DNA of 64,000 nt, taken from positions 5,582,048 to 5,646,047 of the forward strand of contig OZ218953.1 of assembly GCA_965112735.1 (NCBI GenBank). Direction: 5' to 3'. Origin of the DNA: Phaeosaccion multiseriatum (taxonomy: Eukaryota > Protista > Ochrophyta, other classes). The stretch's first letter is position 1. The number at the start of each line of letters is the position of its first letter. Shown piece after piece: positions 34,901 through 50,824 of the stretch. The notes below the pieces were generated by a model. That model ran no database searches. It was not told the DNA's origin and saw only the letters and a program-made list of their open reading frames with translations. Made by a program: the position numbers and the translations under genes.

Positions 34901-37742
34901 TCTCTCCCTCCCTCCCACCCGCCAAATCGATTGCCCACACCACACCAACACCTGTCACAGGCGCATCTGCAGAGGCTGTCTTAGAGTGGTGCGTGTCCTC
35001 CGTGGAGGTGGTCGACCCCGGCTCAGGCTATGCGCACTCCATCCCGCCCAAGGTCACTGTAGAACCCCCCCCGGACAGAAACGAGTTCGCCAACTTCGGC
35101 CAAGCCGCCAAAGTGGAGGCCGTACTGAGCGAGTCCCCGGGGGGCCTGATCCTGACGTCATGGCTGCCCACGCCCACCATGAACCAGGAGGTGACCACTC
35201 TGCTGCCATCCAACCTGGTGCCGTCGTACGACCCCTGCCTCGGCAAGTTTTACATCTCTCCGGTGCCCGTGCAGGACCCCAACTATTGCGTGTACTTTGC
35301 ACAGGACAACTTTGAGGTGTGTATGACCAACATGTGTGCGTGTGTTTGCTTGTGTACCGTCGTCTCGTGAAGAATGGCGAGCGAAAACTCGACTGTTGAA
35401 TGGTGGCCCCTCGCTCCGCCCTTTAGGCTCTCCCCTCTTTTCTACTGTCACTCATTCGCATTGGGGGGAAATACCCTTACTCCAAGCCGTGGACTTACGC
35501 ACCCGCACCCGCACACACGCACCCACCCACCCGCGTCCTCCTCCCGTCGTTGTGCTGCTGTATCACCAACTGCTGCTGCTGTTGCTGCTGCTGTGCGCAG
35601 GTGTACCCGTCTGAGAAGATGAGTCGCTACTTCAGCTTCCTGGACGGCCCTCGCGCCCGCTACCCCGTGGAGAAGGAGCGGCAGCTCGACCTCGGCGTGT
35701 TCCTACGCTTTGCGGCCTGCGGGGCGGTGTGCGGATCTGCGGCGCACGCGTTGCTCGTGCCCATCGACGTGGTGAAGACTCGGATGCAGAGCGAACCCGA
35801 GAAATACAAGGGCATGGTGGGGGCCTTTAAGACTATCGTCAAGGAGGAGGGGAAGGAGGCCTTTTTGCTCGGCGCGGTGAGTGAGGGAGGGAGTGAATGC
35901 GTTGTGTGGCGTCGCTCGTCGCTCGTTACCGTGTGTGTGTCCTCTTTCCTCTGTTCTCTGTTCTTTGGCCCTCCCTTCCGTATGTCCACCCTCCCCCCCT
36001 GATGCGATTCCCATCCCCTGATGCCATACCTCACCCCGGCCCTGTCGCTTGCCCCATCCCGCCTCCTGTGCCTGGCACACCTTTGCGCGCGCACACACAC
36101 ACACAGGGTGCAACGACAGTGGGGTACATGCTCTACGGAGGCTTCTCCTTCGGACTAACAGAGTTCTTTAAGCGGAAGTTCGTGGAGTTTGCAGGGCCCG
36201 GTCCTGCCGCCCTTTACCCTGTGCCCATCCTGCTGCTTGCGAGTGCCTGTGCCGCCACCTTCGCAGCCACCGCGGTGACCCCCTTCGAGGCCATTCGCAT
36301 CCGCACAGTGACTGTGAAGGACTACCCCAAGTCGCTGGTCGGGGCTCTCAAGCACGTGAGTAGAGGGAGGAGGGAGTAGAAGGAGCAAAGGGCGGAGGGT
36401 GGGGGGCGTGTGAAGGGATGAGGAGCGTTTATGGCAGAGAGCGCCAGGAGGGAGACAGGGATCTAGCCCTAAGCGTGAGGAGGGAGAGAGGGCCCTAACC
36501 TAAGCGTGAGGAGGGAGAGAGGGCCCTAACGTAAGCGTGAGGAGGGAGAGAGGGCCCTAACCTAAGCGTGAGGAGGGAGAGAGGGCCCTAACCTAAGCGT
36601 GAGGAGGGAGAGAGGGCCTTCGCTCATTGGCAGGAGTGTGCTCGAGCTCGCGACGCTTTGCCACTCCAATTCGTTGGATCCCTTCTAATCGCTCCCTCCC
36701 CCCCCCCCCGCCTCTGTTTGTCCCTCAGACGCTCGAGACCGGCGAAGTGGGAGATCTTTTCTACGGCGTACCCGTGCTGCTCCTCGCGGAGATTCCCTTC
36801 ATGATGACCAAATTCGCGGTGTTTGACTTCACCTCCAAGCTTACGTACTCGCTCTTCCCCGTGGCCGCCGACTCTGTGACGCTGTCCCTGCTCGTGTCGT
36901 TGGTGAGCGGCATGATCGCCGGAGTGATGGCGAGTCTCGTGTCGCAGCCCTCGGACACCATCATGACGGAGGTCAGCGAGGGCGGGCATGAGGCGGGGGA
37001 AGCGGAGGGAGGGGAGGCAGGGGCTGGGGCAGGCAGGGGGGAGTACGAGGAGTCGGGCATCGAGAGCTCTTTGGTAGCAGCGGCAGAGTCCAAGGTTGCA
37101 GCCCTCGCACTCGCCGCCACAGAGGCGGAGGGGGGAGGAGGCGGGGAGGAGGGAGGATTGCTCGCAGAAGCGGCTGCCGAGGCGGAGGCGGCGGTGGCGG
37201 CGCTGGCACTCGCGGCCAAGGGAGGCGCGGAGGAAGAGCTGCAGCCCGGCCTGGCCCTCGCAGCCGTCAAAGGCGTGGAGGAAGCGGCATCTGTGGGGCA
37301 GAACGGTCTCGTCGATGAGGAGGGGGGGCTGACAGCAGCAGCGGCACCAGCAGCAGCAGCACCAGCAGCAGCAGCAGCGTCAGCAGCATCAGCAGCAGCG
37401 GCGGCGGGAGATGCGACAAGCTCTCTTTCCGCACCCGAGGCCCCTCCCGTACCGCAGGAGTTGCACAAGCCCGGCGGTGTGAACATTCCCGAGGTGGCGG
37501 CTCGGCTCATCAGGGAGGGTGGAGGTCCCTTAGCGCTCTACAGCGGAGCCCTCCCGCGGTCCATCAAGAGCGCCGTGAACATCGCGGTGCAGTTCTTCCT
37601 GTACGACTTCTGCAAGCGTGTGGCCATGGTGTCCCCGGACGACATCAAGGTGTTCTTTGACGTCATGTCCGGCCTTGAGGTGAATGATCCGGGCCTCGCA
37701 TCCAAAATCATCTCGGGGGCCGCCAATATCCCCACCCCGTGA
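31932..37742 (+). CDS. Mitochondrial-carrier-family (SLC25, phosphate-carrier-like) protein with plastid + Tat presequence, EF-hand and G.GY beta-repeat N-terminal domain
   Basis: Approximate exons: 31932(or 31992)-32947, 33239-33429, 33731-33863, 34317-34454, 34599-34698, 34960-35316, 35601-35876, 36107-36355, 36729-37742. Three carrier signature motifs (VPIDVVKTRMQ, TPFEAIRIR, SQPSDTIMT) plus PiC-like helices GATTVGYMLYGGFSFGLTEFFKR and IPFMMTKFAVFD. EF-hand DLNKDGEVDKEEF. Confidence 0.85.
36467..36620 (+). repeat. Intronic 31-bp minisatellite (~5 copies)
   Basis: Unit CCCTAACCTAAGCGTGAGGAGGGAGAGAGGG. Confidence 0.9.
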
Positions 37743-38475
37743 GCGAGTACGAGTGAGAAGGAGTGGGTGGTACGAGTGTGAGTACGAGTGAGAAGGAGTC
37801 GTGCGTGAAGCGCTACTCTTGGCATTATACTAACTGTTTTACAGCACCTTTTTTATTATTATTTTTATTATTATTATGTTTGCAATAACAAAACTTGCAC
37901 AAGACAAAAGGACAGCGGACAGAGGAAAGAGCGGGGTGTCGGAGGAGAAGGGGGAAGCGATATACTGAAGGGGGAGGGGGCACCGAGGACATGTAGAACA
38001 AAAGATTTTCATGAATACGTAACATACAATTATACGACTATAAAGTATTACGATATGAAAATATGAGAGAGACCGCCTTGAGATGGAAGCGGTACGGTCA
38101 GGCAGTGCAGTAAGGCAGCACAAGGCAAACCACACCACACGCCATAATTACACAGTCACACGCTGCCTCTCCCCCTCACAGCAGAGCAGAGCAAAATTGT
38201 ATGACCCGCGGCGACTCTGCAATCGTCCCAGAGACTCTCCTCTCCTCTCCTCTTCTCTTCTCGTTCCACTCTCAAGAGCATGTGCTCCCCCCTCCACGCT
38301 CCACTAATTACACCACTATCCACTCTGTGAACTTGATCACTCCACTCAACACACTTCACTGCAGCACCCAAACACCACCGGAGAGAGGAGCACACCTCAC
38401 ACCTGTCTGTGTCCCTTGTACGTGGCGCTGCCAAGCCTCAGCCTCACTTCAGAACACCTCACTGGACCACTCAGT

Positions 38476-42009
<3,534 letters not shown>

Positions 42010-42661
42010 GGCTGCCGTCTGTTCGCTCAGGTAGCAGCAGGAGTCGCGAATACAAAGCCTGCAATAGGTCCTGCGAGCAAAGCGGAAGCGGAAGGGTTAT
42101 TGTAAACCGTGCTTCCCAAATTGTGGGACCTCCTCCCTTCTTCCTCAAGTGGAGCAGTCTGAACGACGACTATACAAGGCGAAGAAATCTGTCACTCAAC
42201 AAGCACCCCTCACACCATTGTCAGCCCCTATGGGACGAACACTCTGCTGGACAAGGACAGAATTGAGCGTGAGAGGGAGAGCAAGACGGAAGGACTTTTC
42301 CTCCGCCACCCGTCCTATTTCGGGGCTGCAGATGGATAGCAGCAAGAGCAGTACGCTCTTCTTTGTTCATTAGGGTGTATACAAGCTTTACCTGGCTTCT
42401 CGCGACGTTTTTTTTTTGTCTTTCGGGTATTTAAAGTTAGACAGGATTCGTGGGGGGGGAAAAAAGGATGGCACCAGACGGGTAGCCAGCTAGCCAGCTC
42501 GATCTCACCCTCACCCTCCCCTGGTGATTATCTCAAAGCTCCTCCAATCCGATTGACCGAAAGAGAGGGGAAACACACAGCATAGAGCAGCGACGAACCT
42601 CTCCTCGGCTGCTGCAGCAAGCGCCAGGAGCGGAGGGGGGGGGTTAGGGCGAGGGAAAGTC

Positions 42662-45600
42662 ATGAGATCGAGCAAGCCCGGCGGCGGCTTCAAAGCAAAC
42701 CTAAGCGGCAGCAATGGGCTCCGGGGAGGCGCAGGAGGGCCCTCTGTCAAGAAGAAAATGGTCATCAAGGTAGGCGGGTGGTCGGTGGAGGTTGTAAAGG
42801 TTGCACGTGTTGGTCTTCCACTATTGCCTCTGCTGTTAGATATTTGGCGGGGAGGGGGGGGTGCAGCAGAGTGTTTGGAGCTGATCAGAGGCACCTCCTC
42901 TATGTTGCTTTCAATTTTGCAGCGAAAGAAGGCCAGTGTAGGGAAGGAGAGAGAGGGCTGGTGAGTGTGAACGAACAAAGAGCTCCTCCTGTGCATTCAT
43001 TCGCCCCTCAGCCCATTGACATGCGTCCCTCCCTCCCCCCCAAACCTGTGAGGTCAGCCCTTTAAGGTCCAGCCTAAGCTGCCCGAGGGCTTCGAGGACG
43101 CCACCTGGGAGAAGCTGCGAGAGGGCGTGGTGGCCGTGTTCGCCAACAAGTCTGTCGCCTCGAGCAGGGAGGAGCTGTACCGGGCGGTTGAGGACGTGTG
43201 CGTGCACAAGCTTGGGCCCAAGCTCTACCAGCGGCTCTCCGCAGAGTGCGGTGAGTCACCAGTCAGTCCCTCTGCACTGGATGTGATAGTCAAGGACTTT
43301 GGGGAGAAGGGTAGGAGTGCAAGGCAAGGGCCTGACCTGGACTCTCGGAGCTTGCCTCCTTACCCCGCGGAGCCCCCTTTCTGCCGTCCGTCCTCTTTGT
43401 CCCCCTCACCCCCTCCCTCTCGCATGCGCCAGACTCCCATACCAAAGCCAAAATCGACTCTCTCTCTAATCAAACGCCGGACTGCAGCGCATTTCTGCAA
43501 TTGGCCAACAGCTGCTGGAACGACCACTGCGACCACTTGCTCGTAAGTACAGGAGGGAAGACCGCCCTCTTCTTGTTCTCTCCATCTCACAGCACGCCAT
43601 CACAGAGACTTACCCTGCTTTTACCCTGCTCTTACGCTCTGTTCTTTCCCTGCCCCCCCCCCCTTATTCTGCACTCTCTCCGCCGTCCAGACCGTTCGAA
43701 ACATCTTCCTCTATTTAGACCGAAGCTTCGTGCTGCCGGACCCGTCCCTGCGGAGCATCTGGGACATGGGGCTGCACTACTTCCGCAGGTATGGAAGGAA
43801 CAAGGGTGTGAGAGGGGCCTTTTTGTTCGGCTTTGGGGTTCGGGGTGGACCATCCCAAGCCATCCCAGCCCAACCTAGGAGTTGAGAAGGACTGAATGAG
43901 TTGGTGGTCCAAGCGGAGGGAGAGGGGAGTAGGTAGAGGACAGCGCATCTGTCCTTTAGTCTCTTCCAAGTGTCCTGTCCAGCCCTTCCTCTCGGCGCCT
44001 GTTGCCTTCGCTAACGCGCCCCCTTCTATGTGCCATGTGATGTGCGCTTGGTTGGGTGGGTTGTCTTGGGACGATCTCTTCATCCACTCCCTTGCTCAGC
44101 CATCTGTTGGCGTCGACAGAGGTGAAGGAGAAGCTAGTGGCAGGGCTGCTGGACCTCATCGAGCGAGAGCGCAAGGGGGAGGACGTGGACAAACAGCTCA
44201 TCCGATCGCTGCTTCGCATGCTCAGCGCACTCGGGCTGTATACAGAGCAGTTCCAGGGCCGCTTCTTGGCGGAGACGGAGCTGTTTTACAAGGCGGAGGG
44301 CCTGAGGTACATGACCTCGTCGGATGTGCCCCACTTCCTCAGGTGAGACGCAGCAGCAGAGCGACAGGGCGAGGGAGAGAGGGCCATGCAGAGACAGAGA
44401 GGGAGGGCCTTCGGGTGTGGAGACAGAGAGGGTAGGCCTTAAGGGTGTGGAGACAGAGAGGGTAGGCCTTAAGGGTGTGCAGACAGAGAGGGAGGGCCTT
44501 AGGGTGTGCAGACAGAGAGGGGCCTTAAGGGTGTGCAGACAGAGAGGGAGGGCCTTAGGGTGTGGAGACAGAGAGGTTGTGGCTGACGGGCCGCTCCTTG
44601 CGCTTGCTTCAAAGCCTCGTGCGCACGGGGAGAGGGGCGCTCGTTGGTGGTTGGTGGGTTCGTTGCTTGATCGGTCGGTCGGTCGGTGTCCAAGCTCCCA
44701 CTGATACTAATTCATGTCATCCGTCTCCTGAACTGAGCGGAAGTGAAGTGGACTGAAGTGAACTCTCTCGTCTATTGCAGGCACGTGGAGCTGCGTCTGT
44801 CGCAGGAGGCGGAGCGCGTGGTGCAGTACCTGTCCGAGCACACTCGGAAACCCCTCGTGGCGTGTGTGGAGGGCACGCTGCTGGTACCGCACACAGGGGC
44901 CGTGTTGGAGAGGGGCTTCAAGGCGCTGCTTGACGGGCACCGCCTCACGGACCTGCAGAGGATGTACACGCTGGTAAGAGGAGGAAGCTGCAGCTGGAGG
45001 GACTAGAGGGACTAGAGGGAGCTGGGTCAGTCAGTCAGTCAGCCAGTCAGTCATTCAGTCATTCAGTCATTGAGTCAGTGAGTCAGTGAGTCAGGTCAGG
45101 GTGTAGAGGACCCTTTTGCCACTGGGGCCCTGTTCTGTTCATGTTACAACAGATCAATCGTGTGTTTGAGTGGGATTACTTCGTTCGTCCTGACACAGCG
45201 TTGCTTTGCTGCACCCACCTATACACTTGACTCAATCCCCACCCCATGTGTGTGTTGCGTGTGATGTTCGACATGTGTCATGGTCGTGCTCATGACTCTG
45301 CTCTCTCTCTCTCTCTCTCTCTTCAGTTCGCTCGAGTGGACGCTCTGCCGCAGCTGAAGCAGTGCCTGCACGAGTGCGCGTACAACTTCGGTTACGCCAT
45401 CATCATGGACAAGGAGAACGACAAGGACATGGTGCTCAACCTGCTCGCCTTCAAGAAGAAGCTTGACGAGGTAAGGGGTGGCGTCATATCCTTTCGTGTT
45501 GGGAAGGAGGAGGAGGAAGGAAGGAACGGCGCTCTGCTGCGAGCACGGTAGCAGCACGCGCAACGCCGGCCCGCACACACATTCTTGTTAGCGCCACAGA

Positions 45601-48508
45601 CAGTCGTGCTAGCCCCACAGAATGCTCGCCCCGTCACTCGACCACAAGCCTGTTGCTTCTTCCGCTGCCCCCCACCACATGGCGGATCGTACCGGTATAC
45701 TAAACTGAAACTGCAACACACTCAACGCACTGTCCCTCCGCCCTCCCTCCGTCACCACAGGTGCTGCTGCGTTCCTTCAGCAAGAACGAGCAGTACGCCT
45801 ACGCCCTGAAGGAATGCTGGGAGAGGTTCGTCAACGAGGGAAAGGGCAGACAGAACAGGCCGGCCGAGCTGCTGGCCAAGTTTGTGGACGCCAAGCTCAA
45901 GGGGGAGAAGGGCATGGCGGACGATGACGTAGAGGCGCTGCTCGACAGGTAGGTACAGGGAGAGGGAGAGAGAGAGACAGGGGGGGGTGGAGTGTGTATG
46001 TGTGTGTGAGAAGAGAGGATGGGAGGGAGAGTGAGAGAGAGAGTAATGCTCTGCCTAATTCCTCCCCCATCCCCCCCCCCCTCTCTGTATGTGTGCGCTC
46101 ATCTCTCTCTCTCTCCCTCTCAGACTGATGGAGCTGTTCCGCTTTGTGCACGCCAAGGACGTGTTTGAGGCCTTCTACAAGAAGGACTTGGCCAAGCGGC
46201 TCCTGCTGCAGAGGTATGCATTCGATGTCGGCACATCGAATATCGACGTGTCGTCGATATCTTGATCGATATCGTATTGTGTTTATGGTCTGAGAAACTG
46301 CACCTGAACCCCCCTTTCACCACCCCCAGGTCCTCCTCGTTCGACCTGGAGAAGAGCATGATCTCCAAGCTCAAGACGGAGTGTGGCAGCGCCTTCACCA
46401 CCAAGCTCGAGGGCATGTTCAAGGATATCGACCTCTCCAGGGACCTCATGAACAACTACAGGTAAGTGTGTGTGTGTGTGTGTGCGCGCGTTTGTGTGTT
46501 TTTACCTGACTCTTGTCGGGCTGCCCTTCCCCCTTCCCAGTCAATACCTGCGGGACCGCACTCTGGAGCCACGCTTCTTCTCCAGCGACAAGGCCAAGGA
46601 GGTGGACGTTAACGTGCAGGTCTTGACCACAGGTTAGTTGGCTTAATTAGTTGACTTTGTCAGTTAGCTTGTTACTTCATTTGTCTACTGTGAAAGTGGA
46701 GCACCCTCGCAGGGCACGGTTCCAAACGGTACGCTCCCCCACGGGCCCTGGGCCTGGGTGTGGGCACACACGTGCCTCGCCTAAATGTCCCTCTCTCACA
46801 CACCACCCCGCCCTGGAACCTTGCTCCTCTGCCCCCCGCCCCTACCCCTGCCCCTGCCCTTTTGTGCTTGACTCTTGTGTGCTTGACTCTTGTGTGCTTG
46901 ACTCTGTGGTGCGGTACTGCGCGTCAGGCTACTGGCCCTCATACCCGCCTATGGAGTTGACTGTGCCCTTCGAGCTGTCCGAGCACATGGACAAGTTCAC
47001 CACGTATTACATGGGCAAGTACCAGGGAAGGAGGATCATGTGGCAGCACGGGTGAGTGGATGGCAGTGGATGGGTGAGGGGGTGGCAGTGGATGGGCAGG
47101 AGGGGAGGGGGAGTGAAGGAGGATCATGTGGCAGCACGGGTGAATCGATAATGTGCAGGGCAAGAAGGGCATTTGTCCCTTGTTCAACCTCTTCCCCCCT
47201 TCCCCTCCCTCCGTGCCTTGTTTCTCGTGTTCGTTGGAAAGGCTCGGGCACTGCGTACTCAAGGCAGTGTTCCCCAAGGGCAAGAAGGAGCTTGCGGTGA
47301 GCCAGCTGCAGGTAAGGAAGGGGTGAGCCCTTCATCTAAGCTGGGGGCGGGGCGATGCGCCTCTGCAGCTGCCCTTCTCACAAGCGGAGCTTCATGCTGC
47401 TGCCCTCCTCCGGCCTTTATTTAGTTTGTCACTTGGCCTCGCTGAACCTTACCTCCTTGCCTTTCTGTTGCCGTGGGCCCCTGCTTCCCTCCCCTTCCTC
47501 CCTCCCTTCCCCCCTCCCTCTTACCTCCCCTGCCCAGGCTATCGTGCTGCTGCTGTTCTCCTCCGTGGACTGCTTGACGCTGGAGGAGATTAAGGCCGCC
47601 ACTCTCATTGAGGATGGAGAGCTCCGGAGAGTGCTCCAGTCGCTGGCGTGTGGCAAGGTGTGTGTGTATGTGTGCGTGTGTGTGTCTTGTGTGTGTTTTG
47701 TGTGTGTTGTGTGTGTGCATGTGTGTCTTGTATGGCAAGGTGTGAAGTGAGATTTTGCATACTCTCTGTCTGCGCGTACGTGACGTTGCGTTGCGTGCAG
47801 TGCAGTGTGTGCTCTGTGGCTGGGAGTGTTGCGCCTCCATCCTCCCAAGGCCAAGTGGTCTTTTCTTGACGTACCCTTCCCCTCATAGGTGCAAGGCCGT
47901 GTGCTAAAGAAGAGCCCCAAGGGCAAGGAAGTGGAGGATGGAGACTCCTTCCACTTCAACAGTGACTTTCAACAGAAGCTCTTCCGCATCAAGATCAACT
48001 CCATCCAGCTCAAGGAGACGGTGCAGGAGAACGAAAAGACGCACGAGGCCGTCTTTCGGGACAGGCAGTACCAAGTAAGTCAGTGAGAGGAGTGGGGTTG
48101 GGGTGTGGCCGAGAGGGGAGGGAGGGAGGGCACGCACACAAAGCGGATGAGCTGCTGGTGTGCACAGTTTTGGACGGTCCGTGCGAACTACTCTCCACCG
48201 ACACTTTGCGACTGTACTCCGCTCTGCTCTGCCCAACTGGCTGCTTCCATCCATCCATCCATCCATCTTGCTCCACTCTTTGCACTGCCCAACTCTCTCC
48301 ACCCCCCCCTAAGGTGGATGCGGCCATCGTGCGAATAATGAAGAGCCGTAAGACTCTCTCGCACCAGCTGCTTGTGAGCGAGCTGTTCGGACAGCTCAAG
48401 TTTCCCGCCAAGCCCGTGGACCTGAAGAAGCGCATAGAGAGCCTCTTGGAGAGGGAATACCTCGAGAGAGACCCCAACACGCCGGGCATGTACAACTACC
48501 TGGCATAG
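42662..48508 (+). CDS. CUL4: Cullin-4
   Basis: Multi-exon gene. Motifs: KKKMVIK|[122 protein letters not shown], the neddylation motif [13 protein letters not shown], and the C-terminus [18 protein letters not shown]. Confidence 0.95.
44370..44575 (+). repeat. Intronic ~30-bp minisatellite
   Basis: Unit approximately GAGACAGAGAGGG(T/A)GGCCTTAAGGGTGTG, 6-7 copies, in a CUL4 intron. Confidence 0.85.
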
Positions 48509-49282
48509 GAGGGACTCCGCGATCATGCATGTATACAACTACCTAGGATGAGAAGAGAAGACTTGACATGAGAATGGAGGACTTGGGGCATGCATGTACA
48601 AAGAGAAACTGCTTGTGTCTCACTCACTCCGGCGGCCACAGGAGCAGCTCTCACTCATGGCTGCAGCACAGTGAGCAGGGGAAGGGGAAGGAAGTGCGCC
48701 CTCCGTCTTTGGGCAACGTCGAGCGAATCGGCAATGTGTTCTCTGTTTTGGATATCGCGACATGGAGGACCTCCACTCCCACCCCCACCACAGCTAAGCA
48801 GCAGTAGCAGCAGCAGCAGCGGACGTACCGAGGAGGTGAGATGGAGATGGAGCGCTGCTCTGCTCTGCTCTGATGCGGGGCCAGCTGCAGTGCACAGGCT
48901 GTAGTGCAGTGCCCGTCCCTCCACAGGGCCCTCCATCCGGTGGGGCTGTGGGACTGTGGGACTGTGGACTTGCTCTGCTCTTCGAAGAAGAGCCTCCGTC
49001 TTCGAAGAAGAGATACGAGGAGCATATGGAAAGCCCGAAGCCCGCGCAGTGTCAGAAGCTATGGGCGCGAGGCTGAAGCGACGGCCCCTGTCCCTGCCGT
49101 GTGGCAATGTGCAGTAAGGGCAGCGGGGCAGTAGGCGCGGCAGTGTGTTCCTCCCGAGCGGCCCTTGGGATCGGAACTATGTTAATAGAATGTTAAATTG
49201 GGTTTCGCCAACAGGAGGTGCTACGCCCCCTCTCGATCATCAAGTATCGATGCATCCATCCCCCCTCTCTACTGTGTACAAG

Positions 49283-50782
49283 CTATTCCAGACTTGGCGG
49301 CCCAAAGAGCGTCGCTTCGTGCAGCAGCAAGGCCTCCGCCGCTCGAATCCGCCGAAAGTGCTCTCCGTCATCCGCACACCCCTTGTTGGGCCACCAGGAG
49401 GGGACCTGGGGGGCAGAGGGGCGGAGGAGGGGGGTGAGTCATTCGGAGCTCGAGAGAGGACGGCACGACTCGGAAGTGCAGAGCAGAAGAACGTCGTACG
49501 CTCTCGCTCCACGCCATGGGTGGTCGTTCGCGAGGGGAATCGTTGAGGGGAAGCGCACACCCAGCCCAGCCACAAGCAATCGCAGATCATCCAATCGTCC
49601 GGCAACGCAACACAGCACAACTTGTCTTCTCACTCACGCACACACGCACCTTTCTTTGGCGTTCTTTCTGGGCCTCCAAGGCCTTCTCCTCCTCCTCCCC
49701 TTGCTGCTGGAGCTCGGGATGGAGCACAAGCACGAACTTGCCGTCCTGAAACGTTTTGTACTGACGCGCACGGAGGCTGCGCGGAGAGGTGGCTCGGTCT
49801 TGGAGCGAGTACACCAGGCTGAAGGGGTTATCGCGGAAGGGGAAGTCGGGGCCGAACCAGGCTACCTGCTCAGGCGCAAGCAAGGAGGTATGTGTGTGTA
49901 ATGTGTGGGTGGATGGGCGCGTGCGTGCGTGGGGAGGCGGGTGGTGAGCGAGGATGAAAGAAAGAGATACGGCCGTGAGAAGGGGCGAAGCAAGGTTTGC
50001 CGCAAGCAATAGCAAGCACTGCGTGTGTCCAGAAAACGAAATGCGGACGGAGGCAGCAGTTAACCACCAAATCATGAACGTTCTAAGACAAGCAAGGGCC
50101 TGCCCTACCACAAGCATAGATGGCACTTGAGGGTGTAATATATAGACTGCCCTACCGCTTACCAGCTCCTTGCAGTCCCCCAGGAAGTCGAGCTTGCTGC
50201 GCACCGCGAGGAGAAGGTTGGAGCCTCCCCACACGAAGGGAAGGTCCTTCTTACTGCAGCCCGTGCTACCGTCCTCCTTGGCTTGCTGCCGCTGCCGTTG
50301 GCGCTGCTGTCGCGGTTGCTGCACCTCACTTCGGTCACGATCTTCTCTTGCCCCCCCATCCAACCCGCCCCCTTCCTCCTTCTCCCCCTCCTTCTCCTCC
50401 TCCTCCTCTTCCGCCTCCTCCTCGTCTTCCTCTTCCCGCTCGCCCTCCCCCCCTGCTTCCTTGCGCAATATCTCACGCCACTTGCCCACCGCCTCCACGA
50501 CATCGAGTGTGACGGTGTGCATCCCAAGCACCGCCCTTCCCCTCCAGTCCTTGTCTGGGTCGCAGCCCCCCTCTGGCGGCCTATACGGCCCTAACATGGC
50601 CAGCAGCTCCTCGAACACCTTGTGTTGGATGGAGTACAGCTGCGCCCCCCGGAAGCGCTCGAGCGACGAGCTTAAGCAGCGCCGGACCTCTCTCACGTAC
50701 TTCTCGTGTGCGATGGCACAGCGTATCACATGGCTCTCGGCGGCGAGGCGAGCGGGACTGACGAGGTGCTGCGGTATCACCA

Positions 50783-50824
<42 letters not shown>

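Noticed and set aside
36467-36620. 31-bp repeats containing CCCTAA as a CRISPR array or interstitial telomere
   Set aside because: There are no unique spacers and only one CCCTAA per unit. It is an ordinary intronic minisatellite.
48568-49240. Short ORFs between CUL4 and the downstream minus-strand gene
   Set aside because: There are no domains or convincing splice structure. The region is probably convergent 3' UTRs.
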